NCBI GenBank assembly: GCA_035291665.1
Contig: DATDRP010000001.1
Span: 2,569 to 66,568, forward strand
Direction of reading: 5' to 3'
Origin: Patescibacteria group bacterium
GTDB lineage: Bacteria > Patescibacteriota > Microgenomatia > UBA8517
DNA: 64,000 nucleotides
The notes beneath the pieces were generated by a model. That model saw only the letters and a program-made list of their open reading frames with translations, made no database searches and was not told where the DNA came from. The position numbers were made by a program, and so were the translations under genes. Shown one piece after another: positions 38,011 through 47,727 of the stretch. Each line of letters begins with the position of its first letter. The stretch's first letter is position 1.

Positions 38011-38082
38011 GCCGACTTAGCTCAGTGGTAGAGCAGCTGTTTTGTAAACAGCAGGTCTAGGGTTCGAATCCCTAAGTCGGCT
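38011..38082 (+). tRNA. tRNA-Thr (anticodon TGT)
   Basis: Acceptor gccgact/agtcggc, anticodon loop ttTGTaa, T-arm taggg-ttcgaat-cccta. Confidence 0.85.
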
Positions 38083-38158
38083 CCGACAGTAAGACTAAAA
38101 TTTTTACGGGACAAACAGCAGGACTTTGGGAATGAGTTAATCCCAAAGTCGATACAGT

Positions 38159-38407
38159 ATGGAAAATAAAGTAAACAAGGTCTATTACTTGGCTGCATTC
38201 AATGCTCATTATATTAATTCAGCAAAAAGATTATTAGATTTGCTGGGTGATCAAATATATTCGATCTCGAAAGAGGAAGCAGTGGTGCTGTTGGCAGAAT
38301 TCTTAGAAGATAGAAAAGATACAGGACTACCGACATATCAGATAATGAACGCATTAGAACCAGTAACTTTCAGTAAAAACTCCTCCAAAGAAGAGCTTCT
38401 TAAGTAA
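38159..38407 (+). CDS. hypothetical small protein
   Basis: 82-aa ORF between tRNA genes. Confidence 0.35.
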   Translation: MENKVNKVYYLAAFNAHYINSAKRLLDLLGDQIYSISKEEAVVLLAEFLEDRKDTGLPTYQIMNALEPVTFSKNSSKEELLK

Positions 38408-38447
38408 ATAAGCGCTTAGAAGTGGACTTATTGTATAATAAGCACAA

Positions 38448-38507
38448 GTCAGGATGGCGGAGTGGTCAATCGCACGAGTTTGTAAAACTCGCGCCAGAAC
38501 GGGATAC
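38448..38507 (+). pseudogene. 3'-truncated tRNA-Tyr-like fragment (acceptor 5' strand, D-arm, anticodon arm with GTA, variable arm; no T-arm or 3' acceptor strand)
   Basis: ggatggcggagtggtcaatcgcacgagtttgtaaaactcgcgccagaacggg aligns at ~80% identity to the 5' two-thirds of the adjacent tRNA-Tyr. The anticodon stem is kept intact by compensatory changes (cgagt/actcg vs ccaga/tctgg). Confidence 0.45.
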
Positions 38508-38546
38508 TAATTAGGCTTAATTATAGTAAAATTAGATTTTCGATGC

Positions 38547-38631
38547 GCTGAGGTGGCGGAGCGGCCAATCGCACCAGACTGTAAATCTGGCGCCCGGACG
38601 GGCTACCTAGGTTCGAATCCTAGCCTCAGCA
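38547..38631 (+). tRNA. tRNA-Tyr (anticodon GTA), type II with long variable arm
   Basis: Acceptor gctgagg/cctcagc, anticodon loop ctGTAaa, variable arm gcccggacgggc, T-arm ctagg-ttcgaat-cctag. Confidence 0.85.
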
Positions 38632-38716
38632 CTCGTTGCACTCGTTCTGAGTCCAGTCTTCGATGGTGCACGGGTACTTTACTTTGCACGGCGAATCTCC
38701 TCCAGAGGCGGACAGG

Positions 38717-38728
38717 CTAGCCTCAGCA
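38717..38728. repeat. 12-bp direct repeat of the tRNA-Tyr 3' end
   Basis: ctagcctcagca at 38620-38631 (the tRNA 3' end) recurs at 38717-38728. Confidence 0.5.
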
Positions 38729-39176
38729 TAGATTTGTTAACTTTTTAAGAAGAAGTTTTAGAATTATTTCTTGTTTTTCCTCACCCATAGACATATTAAG
38801 ATAATTTTGGCTTCGTATATCAATGAATTAAGCTATGGGTTTAAGAGAAGCCAAGTAAGAAGGAATATCAAGAATAATCGATACTTTTAGGGCAAAAAGA
38901 TGACCCCGTTATGAGAGGTGCTCAGTAAGAAGTTTTCCCCGGATGTACCAGGTGGGTAAGCTCATCCTGTAAACTAAGTCTACAGGAGATTTGCCTGCGA
39001 TTTAAAAATTAAACCGCGTTTCCTATGAAACTCCCAAAAAGCTTATTTTGATGAGGAAAAAGCTTTCCTGAAACCTTCCCTTAACAGGGTCAAATTCATT
39101 ATATACTCCTCCTGCAATTGTTTACAACAACATGTTCAAAAGGAATAATATCAAGTCGAATTTTAAGTTTAAGATT

Positions 39177-39878
39177 TCAAATGGAGCTTCCCCCGGGAAG
39201 CAGAAGCCGAAGCAAAATATCAAGAATCGGATTAAAAATAATTGAAATAGGTGAGGTCCCGTTAATCGTTGGAAAAATCAATAAGAATAAAATGACCGTG
39301 CCGTATCTTCGTAAAAAAAGTTCTGCTTCTTGAGCTTCTTTTGCCGGTAATAATCCAATGAAAATCTTTCCTCCATCGAGAGGATTGATCGGAATCAAAT
39401 TGAAAAGAGCTAAACTCAAGTTAAGAACGATTATCGGAATCAAAAGGTCGGCTAAAAAGTATAGAGGAGAAAAAGGTGTGTAGGAAAATCGAAGTATCAG
39501 TGATAAAAGAATTGCCAGGATAATATTTGCTCCCGGGCCCGCCAGGGATATTAATGCGCCGTCTTTTCTTGGGTTTTTCAGGTTGTATGGATCAAACATA
39601 ACCGGTTTTGCCCAACCGAATGGGATCACAGGTATCCCGAACGCCCGCATGACGACCAATATCAACAAAAGTGTTGTACCCACCGGGTCATAATGGACAA
39701 CAGGGTTTAAAGATAGTCTCCCCATTAATCTAGCCGTGGGATCACCCAATCGATCGGCCATCCAGGCGTGGGCGGCTTCGTGTACGGTTATCGCGATGAT
39801 GAAAGCTAAGATCCAGCCTATTAATGCCATATTAATTTGTCCTTTGCTAAAAAGATACTTAATTAGTATAATTGACAC
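39177..39878 (-). CDS. M50-family (site-2 protease-like) membrane metalloprotease
   Basis: HEAAHAWMADRLGD (HExxH within a TM helix) in a multi-TM protein; the probable start is the internal MALIGW. Confidence 0.6.
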   Translation of the reverse strand: MSIILIKYLFSKGQINMALIGWILAFIIAITVHEAAHAWMADRLGDPTARLMGRLSLNPVVHYDPVGTTLLLILVVMRAFGIPVIPFGWAKPVMFDPYNLKNPRKDGALISLAGPGANIILAILLSLILRFSYTPFSPLYFLADLLIPIIVLNLSLALFNLIPINPLDGGKIFIGLLPAKEAQEAELFLRRYGTVILFLLIFPTINGTSPISIIFNPILDILLRLLLPGGSSI

Positions 39879-39945
39879 TGTCTTAAATAAAAAGATTCAT
39901 GATTATTCGAATGTATGCGTGAATCTTAAATCAAAGGTATCTAAT

Positions 39946-40197
39946 ATGAGTTACGTTTGCCAAATTTGCGGAAAGAAAAATGTAATGGGGAGTAGTCAGA
40001 AGCACAAAAGAGGTGTGGCGGGTAAGCGGTGGAGAAAAAGAGCACCGGAAACCCCCAGGCTTTTCAAAATCAATCTGCAGAAAAAAACAGTAGTTATCGG
40101 AGGAATTTCAAAACAAATGCGGCTTTGCACAAAGTGCATAAAAAGAATCAAAAACTTCGGAAATATTAAGAAGTATAAGAACATTGCCTTCGTATAA
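39946..40197 (+). CDS. rpmB: 50S ribosomal protein L28
   Basis: MSYVCQICGKKNVMGSSQKHKRG.. matches the L28 N-terminus (MSRVCQVTGKR..GNN.SH). The tracked ORF 39736..40197 extends spuriously upstream, antisense to the M50 gene. Confidence 0.7.
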   Translation: MSYVCQICGKKNVMGSSQKHKRGVAGKRWRKRAPETPRLFKINLQKKTVVIGGISKQMRLCTKCIKRIKNFGNIKKYKNIAFV

Positions 40198-40538
40198 TAA
40201 TGGACAGGAAGTGTGATTTTTGGGTGAATGACGTTGAATAGATTAGTGGAGTAAGAGGTGCGCATGGTAGTGGACTAAGCAAAATTGATTCAGGAGTACA
40301 TTGCCGAATACAACCCGGGATGAAAGCCATTAAACCGTCAAGGCTTCATTGTGACCCAGCACTTTATAAATTATGTGCCAGACAATATGCTGAAGATGAA
40401 GCCAATCGTCCGATTTATTCAAGACCCCCTTACTCTGACGGAGAAGACAGATAGTAAATAGATTTCCCCATTCTATAGTAATTTTTTAAATATCACGGTA
40501 AATCACCAGCGGGGTGGTACACATTGTTCCTTTCTGAT

Positions 40539-41519
40539 CTATTCAAACTTTATCACAGGGTACCCTTGAAGGAACTGTGTCCAGGCAACCGGTGATTTGC
40601 CTTCTAGTTGGACTAAATCAGGCACCAGACAAAAGGTACTAGAAGTTAGTTTTTCCAGATGGGCTTTGATGATTTTCAATCTCTTTTCACTCTTCTCTTT
40701 TCGCCCTAAACTAAGTTGGACATTAGTCCAGCTTATTGGCCACGGATTCATAGCGCGGATGAAATTGTTCAGGCTATAGGGAGTAGGTTGTAGGTTGTGG
40801 GATTTGCCACTTATTTTCATAAAGGGTATGGTCCATTTACCAACAGATTTTTTCCCGGCAAGTGCATTTTTGAGATATTTTCCGGGAATAAAGCTTTCTT
40901 CTTTTTTTATTTGTCTGGCAATAGTTGCTTTTGAGTGATTTTGAGTTTTAATATGAATTTTTTCTTTTACATATGCGTCCATTAACCCGGGTATAATTTC
41001 AGATGCCCGGTCAAACAAACGGCTTCGAAGGGTTTCGGTTGTATCATTTTCAAATATGTCCTCCTTGAATTGACTAATTATCGGACCATGATCCAGAAGC
41101 TCGTCCAGCTTCATGAAAGTACCGCCTGCAACACCCGTTCCGGATACGATAGAAGCCTGAACTGGCGAAGCTCCCCGCCATTCCGGTAAAAGCGAGGGGT
41201 GAAAATTAATAATCCCGTAATGAAAATGTTTAATTACACCATCTGATATTATTTCACCGTAGGATGCAAGAACTCCGATATCAGCCTTAATATCTTTTTT
41301 TATAATGTCATCGGGAGAGAATAAAATCGGAATTTTTTTATGGTAAGCAAAAGTATCAACAGCTGAAAAACTGAGCTGTTGGTCACGCCCTGAAGGTTTT
41401 GGTTTTTGTGTGACAACGGCAACAATTTCCGATCCGTCTTTCAGTGACCTGAAATTTTTATAAATTGCATCCAGTATTTTGACCGAATAATCCGGTGTTC
41501 CGAAATAAATTAATTTCAT
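40539..41519 (-). CDS. fmt: methionyl-tRNA formyltransferase
   Basis: MKLIYFGTPDYS.. and GIINFHPSLLPEWRGASPVQASI (formyltransferase HxSLLP..RG motif). Overlaps def by 4 nt. Confidence 0.85.
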   Translation of the reverse strand: MKLIYFGTPDYSVKILDAIYKNFRSLKDGSEIVAVVTQKPKPSGRDQQLSFSAVDTFAYHKKIPILFSPDDIIKKDIKADIGVLASYGEIISDGVIKHFHYGIINFHPSLLPEWRGASPVQASIVSGTGVAGGTFMKLDELLDHGPIISQFKEDIFENDTTETLRSRLFDRASEIIPGLMDAYVKEKIHIKTQNHSKATIARQIKKEESFIPGKYLKNALAGKKSVGKWTIPFMKISGKSHNLQPTPYSLNNFIRAMNPWPISWTNVQLSLGRKEKSEKRLKIIKAHLEKLTSSTFCLVPDLVQLEGKSPVAWTQFLQGYPVIKFE

Positions 41520-42040
41520 AATTCTACTTCCTCCCATTCGCCGTTTTTGAGTTCGTAAAGAGGTGCTTTTTGCTCGAGTAACCGGTCGATAAAAAGAATT
41601 CCTTCAAGATGATCAATTTCATGCTGGATAATTTGTGCTTCAAAACCTTCAAATAATTTAGTTATTTTGTCGCCTTTTTCATCCATATAATTAATTTTAA
41701 TCGAATCCGGTCTTTTCAAAGGACCATATAAGTTGGGAAGTGACAAACACCCTTCCATAAGTTTGGTTTTTTCGTCATGAAGAATCTTTGGTGTTTTTGA
41801 AATAGAAATTATTTCCGGGTTTATAAAAATAGAAATCTCATCTTTCGGTTTCGCTGCAAAAATCCGGACATTTTTTCCGATTTGTGGTGCAGCTAATCCG
41901 ACGCCAATCGGATCTTTTTGAATTGATAAAGTTTCCCGAAGATCATTCATTAATTTTATAATTTTTTTATCAAGCTGTTGAACTGGTTTGGATTCAATTC
42001 TCAGACTTGGATCTTTGACGGAAATAATTTTTTGTATCAT
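41516..42040 (-). CDS. def: peptide deformylase
   Basis: All three deformylase motifs are present: GVGLAAPQIG, EGCLSLP, HEIDHLEG. Confidence 0.85.
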   Translation of the reverse strand: MIQKIISVKDPSLRIESKPVQQLDKKIIKLMNDLRETLSIQKDPIGVGLAAPQIGKNVRIFAAKPKDEISIFINPEIISISKTPKILHDEKTKLMEGCLSLPNLYGPLKRPDSIKINYMDEKGDKITKLFEGFEAQIIQHEIDHLEGILFIDRLLEQKAPLYELKNGEWEEVEL

Positions 42041-42168
42041 AGTAAATTTACTTTATAAATTTTTCGGAATAAAAGGAATCCTTTGCGATTTAAAATAACC
42101 TTCTGATAAGCGTATTTTAGCAAAAAAATAAGAACTTTTGCTTATTATTTTTTTAATAGGATAATTTT

Positions 42169-44310
42169 TTACGAAGACTTAAGTGTTTTGAGGTATTCTT
42201 TAATATTATTGTCATTCGGATCAATCTGATTAAGAATATATTCCAGCTCCTGAATTGCCTTGTCGTGCTCTTTTCTTTCTTCATATACGATTGCAATCGC
42301 ATATCTGGCTTCTTTATAGTTGGGTTTTAATTTAATTGCCGAGTTTAAAGTTTCGATAGCTTTATCGAGTTCTCCTTTTCGGAAATAGACCAACCCGAGA
42401 TTATGAACAAGTTTCGCTTCGGTTGGTGCATATTGAATTGCCGATTTAAGCGTGTTTTCTGCCTCGATAATATAAAGAGGATTTATTTCAGATAGAGAAA
42501 TTGCTATTCTGGCTCTGTTTCTTTGGATATTAATATTCCTGGGGGATAATTTTAGTGCTTTTAAGCTTGTATCCATCGCAGAAACTGCCATTTTTTTGGC
42601 TCTATCCGGTTCTTCCGATTTATTAAAATATAATGCGACTGTTGCCAATGTACTTGCTTCTTCGTCCTGGTAAAGCGCTTCGTTCGGCGTAAGTTTTATA
42701 GCTTTTTCGATAGAATCAAATGCTGATTGAATACTACCTGATGAGCTGAATTTCTCCGAATTGCTGTAATAAATATCTGCTCTCCAATAATTAACAACTT
42801 TGACTAACAAAAATATGAAAAAGGACCATATTAACAGCAACGGGATTCTTAAAACTTTATCGTCTTTTCCGGTAATCTGAAATTGAGTTTCAGATTTAGT
42901 TGTAAAGATAATTGCAAAAGCCGGGAATGTAAAAAATAATAAATTCACAGGCACAACGGAAAAACCGAAGAAATTAGTAATCAGGATAGATGTGAAGCCT
43001 GATAGTAAGGCAATATTTTTAATACTTATGTCAAATTCGCCACTCAAAAATACGATATCCGATTTTTTAATCGGGATTTTAACTTTATGGTTATGGTTTC
43101 CGGTAATTAGTAGTACGAATATGATAGAAAATATTAAAACGAAATAAGACAGTAACCCGATACTGCCTGTAGTCGCGGCAAAATTTAAATATTCATTGTG
43201 AGCCTTGTTATATAAAAAATCCCATTCAGATACCAAGTTATGCTCGACCGGACGGGTTTCATAGTACGAATATGCAAACGTTTCAACACCCGTGCCGAAG
43301 ATCGGATATTTCTTCCAAAGGTCAATTGCGCCTTTCCAGACAATTTTACGAATTTCAGTTGAGCTGGAACCGCCTATTTCAAGAAGCGGGCCTTGAGCCT
43401 TTTGTTCAATTGGTTGAACCGGCGGTAATGTTTCAATTTTATTAATTAAATTACCAACGCTTGGAGTCCAGGGAGTTCCAACAATTGCAATTATAATGAG
43501 AGATGAGAGATTAAATATCAAAAATATTTTAAATATTTTTTTAGCTGATTTATCTATCCTGTAACTAAGAATTATGGTTACTAGCCAATAGACAGTTGTT
43601 GAGAATGCCATTGCAATTATGCCGGAACGCGATTTCGTAAATAACAGGGCGACAAAGAGTATCAAGAAACAAAATACCCAAATTAACGGTTTTTGAAATT
43701 TTAAATCAGACTTGCGTTTTTCAGTATCTATAGTTGATAAAATGGATAAGCTCCATGTCATGGGAATCATTGCAACCAACCAAGCTGCCATCCAGTTTGG
43801 TTGTCCGAATGTCGAGAAAACCCTATTTTGGACGTCCTGTATCCAAATGTTTTTATCTATGCCGAAATGCTGGGCGATACCATATAAACTCGCCAAAAAT
43901 CCCGACACGAGCGATACCTTAACCAGGTTTAATGCCTCTTTAGGATTAAAGTTTGAAACTATTCCCCAATATAAAATTGAATAGCAAATAAGGCTCAAAA
44001 GTCCGCCATTAAATCTTGAGTAATAGCCGAGGAGTGATGTACGAAAATCAATTGAAAATACAGTCGAAATAAGCATACTACCAAGAAATATCAGGATCGG
44101 GACATCAAGAATGGTCCTTTGGAATAAGATTTTTTTATTCAAAAGCATTTTGGAAATCCAAGAAGCCGATATAATTACTGTCATAAGATAGACGATGATA
44201 ATTTTATTGAATTCGAAAAGTTCGGAAGTCGTTGGCCACAATACAAGTGGCGTAAGAAAAAAAAGCAGATAGTAGGTGTAGATTAAGATTTTATGAAATG
44301 TTTTTATCAT
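42169..44310 (-). CDS. O-antigen ligase/polymerase-like (Wzy_C) multi-TM protein with C-terminal TPR repeats
   Basis: About 12 TM helices and a periplasmic-loop motif HNEYLNFAATTG (the H-N-x-Y-L of the Wzy_C family). The C-terminal ~200 aa are TPR-like (AIKLKPNYKEARYAIAIVYEERKEHDKAIQELE). Confidence 0.5.
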   Translation of the reverse strand: MIKTFHKILIYTYYLLFFLTPLVLWPTTSELFEFNKIIIVYLMTVIISASWISKMLLNKKILFQRTILDVPILIFLGSMLISTVFSIDFRTSLLGYYSRFNGGLLSLICYSILYWGIVSNFNPKEALNLVKVSLVSGFLASLYGIAQHFGIDKNIWIQDVQNRVFSTFGQPNWMAAWLVAMIPMTWSLSILSTIDTEKRKSDLKFQKPLIWVFCFLILFVALLFTKSRSGIIAMAFSTTVYWLVTIILSYRIDKSAKKIFKIFLIFNLSSLIIIAIVGTPWTPSVGNLINKIETLPPVQPIEQKAQGPLLEIGGSSSTEIRKIVWKGAIDLWKKYPIFGTGVETFAYSYYETRPVEHNLVSEWDFLYNKAHNEYLNFAATTGSIGLLSYFVLIFSIIFVLLITGNHNHKVKIPIKKSDIVFLSGEFDISIKNIALLSGFTSILITNFFGFSVVPVNLLFFTFPAFAIIFTTKSETQFQITGKDDKVLRIPLLLIWSFFIFLLVKVVNYWRADIYYSNSEKFSSSGSIQSAFDSIEKAIKLTPNEALYQDEEASTLATVALYFNKSEEPDRAKKMAVSAMDTSLKALKLSPRNINIQRNRARIAISLSEINPLYIIEAENTLKSAIQYAPTEAKLVHNLGLVYFRKGELDKAIETLNSAIKLKPNYKEARYAIAIVYEERKEHDKAIQELEYILNQIDPNDNNIKEYLKTLKSS

Positions 44311-44548
44311 AAATTAAACTTGACTCCAAACTTTAATGTAAATTGAACACAGTCTTTTGAATTTAGTTGAACCGCCTTAACAAGGATAACGTATTTGATG
44401 TAAGTATGACAAATTACAAAACGAATGGTTCTGAATCCGGGATTAATGCTACCAATTCAGATAAAAATAATAGCATCTATCTGCTAGAATCAGTTACCTT
44501 GAAAAAAGGAAGCACTCTTAACAAAGGAGGTAGTGAGATAATATTAAA

Positions 44549-45643
44549 ATGAGGATTAAAATCGGTAAGATCAAATATGATTTTTCGAAGCTGGAATTTC
44601 CGGGGTTAAGCAGGTTTTGGAAAATATTTTCCTATGATATGGCAGTCGATCTGGGTACTGCAAATACATTGGTATGGATACAGGATCAGGGAATTGTGAT
44701 TCACGAACCCTCTGTTATTGCCAGAAATAAAAAAACTAAAGAAATTCTCGCAGTTGGTAAAGATGCTAAAAAGATGATGGGCAGGTCGCCTCAATCTATC
44801 GAAGTCATACGGCCGCTTAAAGACGGCGTGATTGCCGATTTTGATGCTGCGGAAGTAATGCTTTCGCATTATATCAAGAAAGTTCATGAACCGACTTCGA
44901 TGCTTCCAAAAATACCTAAACCCAGAGTTACGATAGGTATTCCTTCAGGAGTTACGGAAGTGGAAAGAAAAGCCGTTGGAGATGCAGTTTTATCGGCGGG
45001 TGCCAGAGAGGCCAATTTAGTCGAAGAACCTATGGCTGCGGCAATTGGAGCGGGTTTGGCTGTAGAGAAACCGGAAGGTAAATTTATTATTGACATTGGC
45101 GGCGGAACTTCTGAAATAGCTGTCATATCACTCGGCGGAATTGTTGTCGGGAGGTCGCTACGGATTGCGGGTGATGAAATGAATGAAGCAATCATAAATT
45201 ATGTAAAGCTTAAGTATTCGTTACTTTTGGGAGAAACAACAGCAGAGGATGTCAAAATATCAATCGGAAATTTTAGTGATGAAAAGGAAAAATTCCACGT
45301 TGTTCGCGGGAGAGATTTGGAAAGTGGTCTTCCCAAATCAATAAAATTGACGACCCATGAGGTGCGTGAAGCTTTGACTCCGGTTGCGCACGAGATAATA
45401 AATGGCGTAACAGCGACCCTTGAAGAAACTCCGCCTGAGCTTCTATCGGACATCATGGAAGGGGGAATTATTCTCGCCGGTGGTGGTGCATTAGTCGGAG
45501 GTATTGATAAACTGATTTCGGAAAAAACTCAAATGCCAGTAAGAATTTCCGACAACCCGATGTCATGCGTTGTTATGGGGTGTGCAGAACTATTAAATAA
45601 CAAACGGTTATTGAACAAAATCAGGGTAACGAAAGGCAAATAA
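44549..45643 (+). CDS. mreB: rod-shape-determining actin homologue MreB (start uncertain; DLGTANT lies 31 codons into the ORF)
   Basis: DLGTANTLVWI, then the canonical MreB core GGGTSEIAVISLGG.. ; ~330 aa downstream of the phosphate-1 motif. Confidence 0.8.
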   Translation: MRIKIGKIKYDFSKLEFPGLSRFWKIFSYDMAVDLGTANTLVWIQDQGIVIHEPSVIARNKKTKEILAVGKDAKKMMGRSPQSIEVIRPLKDGVIADFDAAEVMLSHYIKKVHEPTSMLPKIPKPRVTIGIPSGVTEVERKAVGDAVLSAGAREANLVEEPMAAAIGAGLAVEKPEGKFIIDIGGGTSEIAVISLGGIVVGRSLRIAGDEMNEAIINYVKLKYSLLLGETTAEDVKISIGNFSDEKEKFHVVRGRDLESGLPKSIKLTTHEVREALTPVAHEIINGVTATLEETPPELLSDIMEGGIILAGGGALVGGIDKLISEKTQMPVRISDNPMSCVVMGCAELLNNKRLLNKIRVTKGK

Positions 45644-45646
45644 TTA

Positions 45647-47263
45647 ATGACTGACCAATTAGTCAAAAAAAACATATTACTTAAAATTATTTTAGTTTTG
45701 GGCTTTTTGATTATTTTCGGAAGATTGGTTGAGCTTCAGGTTGTTAAAGGCAATTACTACAGAAACCTTTCTGACGGAAATCGAATACGTCGCGTGAAGA
45801 TCGTTGCTCCAAGGGGAGAGATTTATGCCCGGGGTGGAGAAGTTGTGGTCGGTAATGCCGAAAACCCGAAAAGAGTGTTTTTTGATAGTCAAATGGGTTA
45901 TATAAAGGAAAGCATTCCGGATTCAGAAAAGGATATGGGATCAATAGTCGAATATAAAAGAATCTATCCAATGGGGATGGATTCATCCCATATTAGCGGT
46001 TATTTGGGAAAGGTTACCGAGTCGGAGCTTAATAAAGTTGACGGAAATTGTCCGGACAAGGGTGTAAGAAATTCTGAAGATTGGATTGGAAGAAGCGGTC
46101 TTGAACAATACTATGATTGCTTGTTGCGTGGGGTTGATGGGGAAGAATTGATTGAAGTTGAATCGAATGGCCAAAGAGTCCGTACTTTGGGTATCAAAGA
46201 TCCCGTAAAAGGGGGAGATTTGAAGACAACTCTGGATTTTCCGCTTCAAGAGTATATTGCCAAATTATTAACAAACCAAAAAGGGGCGATTGTTGCAACG
46301 GATGGGTTTGGTGAAGTTCTAGCCTCCTACTCATCACCGTCTTTCGACAGCAGCGCATTTGTTGTCGGTAACGGAGATGTGATTAGTAAAATTTTTGCCG
46401 ATAAAGACCTACCGCTTCTTAACCGAACGATAGCCGGGATTTATGCACCGGGTTCAATCTTTAAGCCCCTGGTTTCATTGGCGGCTTTGGAAGAGGAAAA
46501 AATTAACCCCGATTGGACATACGTGGATACCGGACGGATCAGTTTTCAGACGATTTATGGTGATTACACGTACAATAACTGGTTCTTCACACAATATGGC
46601 GGAACCGAAGGGAAAATTGAGATTACAAAAGCTATTGCCAGATCAACAGACACCTTTTTTTACAAGGTTGGTGAAGAGTTGGGAATAGACAATCTTGTGA
46701 ATTGGGCGAGAAAATTAGGTTTGGGGTCGGTAACGGGGATTGATATTCCGGGAGAGGTTGGAGGTTTGGTCCCGGATCCGGTTTGGAAGGAAAAAACAAA
46801 AGGAGAACGTTGGTTTTTGGGTAATACCTATCATTTGGCAATAGGCCAGGGTGATTTATTGGTCACTCCTATGCAAATGAATATTGCAACCAGTGTAATT
46901 GCAAACGGTGGGAGACTTTGTAGCGCTCACTTCGCGTCCGTTGGCAGACATTGCCTTGACTTGAATATTAAGTCAGAAAATCTTGATCTTGTGAAGACGG
47001 GTATGGAAAAGGCTTGTTCCACAGGGGGAACCGGTTTTACCTTTTTTGATTTTGAAGAAAAGCACGATATTAAAGTTGGCTGCAAGACGGGAACAGCTGA
47101 GGTTGGAAGCGATGATGAGACTCATGCATGGTTTTCTGTTTTTGCTCCGATTGATAATCCTCAGATCGTTCTTACAGTTTTGATTGAAAAAGGCGGCGAG
47201 GGTTCAAAAGTCGCCGGTCCTATTGCAAGAGATATTTTTGATTTTTGGTTTTCGAAGAAGTGA
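45647..47263 (+). CDS. mrdA: penicillin-binding protein 2 (class B transpeptidase)
   Basis: N-terminal TM, then active-site motifs APGSIFKP (SxxK) and KTGTAE (KTG). Immediately downstream of mreB. Confidence 0.8.
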   Translation: MTDQLVKKNILLKIILVLGFLIIFGRLVELQVVKGNYYRNLSDGNRIRRVKIVAPRGEIYARGGEVVVGNAENPKRVFFDSQMGYIKESIPDSEKDMGSIVEYKRIYPMGMDSSHISGYLGKVTESELNKVDGNCPDKGVRNSEDWIGRSGLEQYYDCLLRGVDGEELIEVESNGQRVRTLGIKDPVKGGDLKTTLDFPLQEYIAKLLTNQKGAIVATDGFGEVLASYSSPSFDSSAFVVGNGDVISKIFADKDLPLLNRTIAGIYAPGSIFKPLVSLAALEEEKINPDWTYVDTGRISFQTIYGDYTYNNWFFTQYGGTEGKIEITKAIARSTDTFFYKVGEELGIDNLVNWARKLGLGSVTGIDIPGEVGGLVPDPVWKEKTKGERWFLGNTYHLAIGQGDLLVTPMQMNIATSVIANGGRLCSAHFASVGRHCLDLNIKSENLDLVKTGMEKACSTGGTGFTFFDFEEKHDIKVGCKTGTAEVGSDDETHAWFSVFAPIDNPQIVLTVLIEKGGEGSKVAGPIARDIFDFWFSKK

Positions 47264-47328
47264 TGCTCCAAAAATTAGCAGGAGACTTCGGATAATTCTA
47301 ATTTGAAAATTATCACGTTAATACTATA

Positions 47329-47360
47329 TCATGTTACATATATCATTATATGTGACATGA
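47329..47360. repeat. 32-bp hyphenated palindrome, copy P4
   Basis: tcatgttacatata-tcat-tatatgtgacatga lies in the mrdA-dprA intergenic region. Confidence 0.75.
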
Positions 47361-47539
47361 AAAGGCACGAATATTATACATAATTAATAAACTGATGGTT
47401 AAATTCAAATTCTATAAGATAACCACAATTTCCTTTAACCGCGTTTACTGCGAACAATTTCTTGCATATCAACGCTTTTTTGGATGCGAACTTTGAAATA
47501 ATTGCGATGTTCAAAATGGCGGCATTTTGTTTATCCGCC

Positions 47540-47660
47540 TTCGCAGAAAACCGTGAGTCTGAGCTCTCGGATGAATGCGAAGTGTTTTTCCGCTTCGGCG
47601 GATTTTGCTCCGACGAAGCGAAGGAGAAGAAACCACTGGCGTAAGCTAGTGGAGCTTCAT
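47540..47660. repeat. degenerate family A-like repeat
   Basis: gcagaaaaccgtgagtctgagctctcggatgaatg.. resembles the family A 5' box and hairpin. Small hairpins follow (ccgcttcggcgg; gcttcg..cgaagc). Confidence 0.3.
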
Positions 47661-47727
47661 GTAATAATTTACCCTTTTTAGGAAAAAAGGATATGAAACC
47701 AATCTGTTGTAGATTAGTATTATATTA

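Noticed and set aside
39736-39945. Upstream part of tracked ORF 39736..40197
   Set aside because: It is antisense to the M50 protease gene. The L28 homology begins at the internal ATG 39946.
40198-40538. 340-bp ORF-free convergent spacer between rpmB and fmt as a possible tmRNA/ncRNA
   Set aside because: I see no tRNA-like 5'/3' ends (GGGG..., T-arm GGTTCGA..CCA) or other recognisable motif. Left unannotated.
47462-47644. 60-aa ORF in the mrdA-dprA spacer
   Set aside because: It lies within the degenerate repeat/hairpin region, and its Cys/Phe-rich composition derives from the palindromic sequence.
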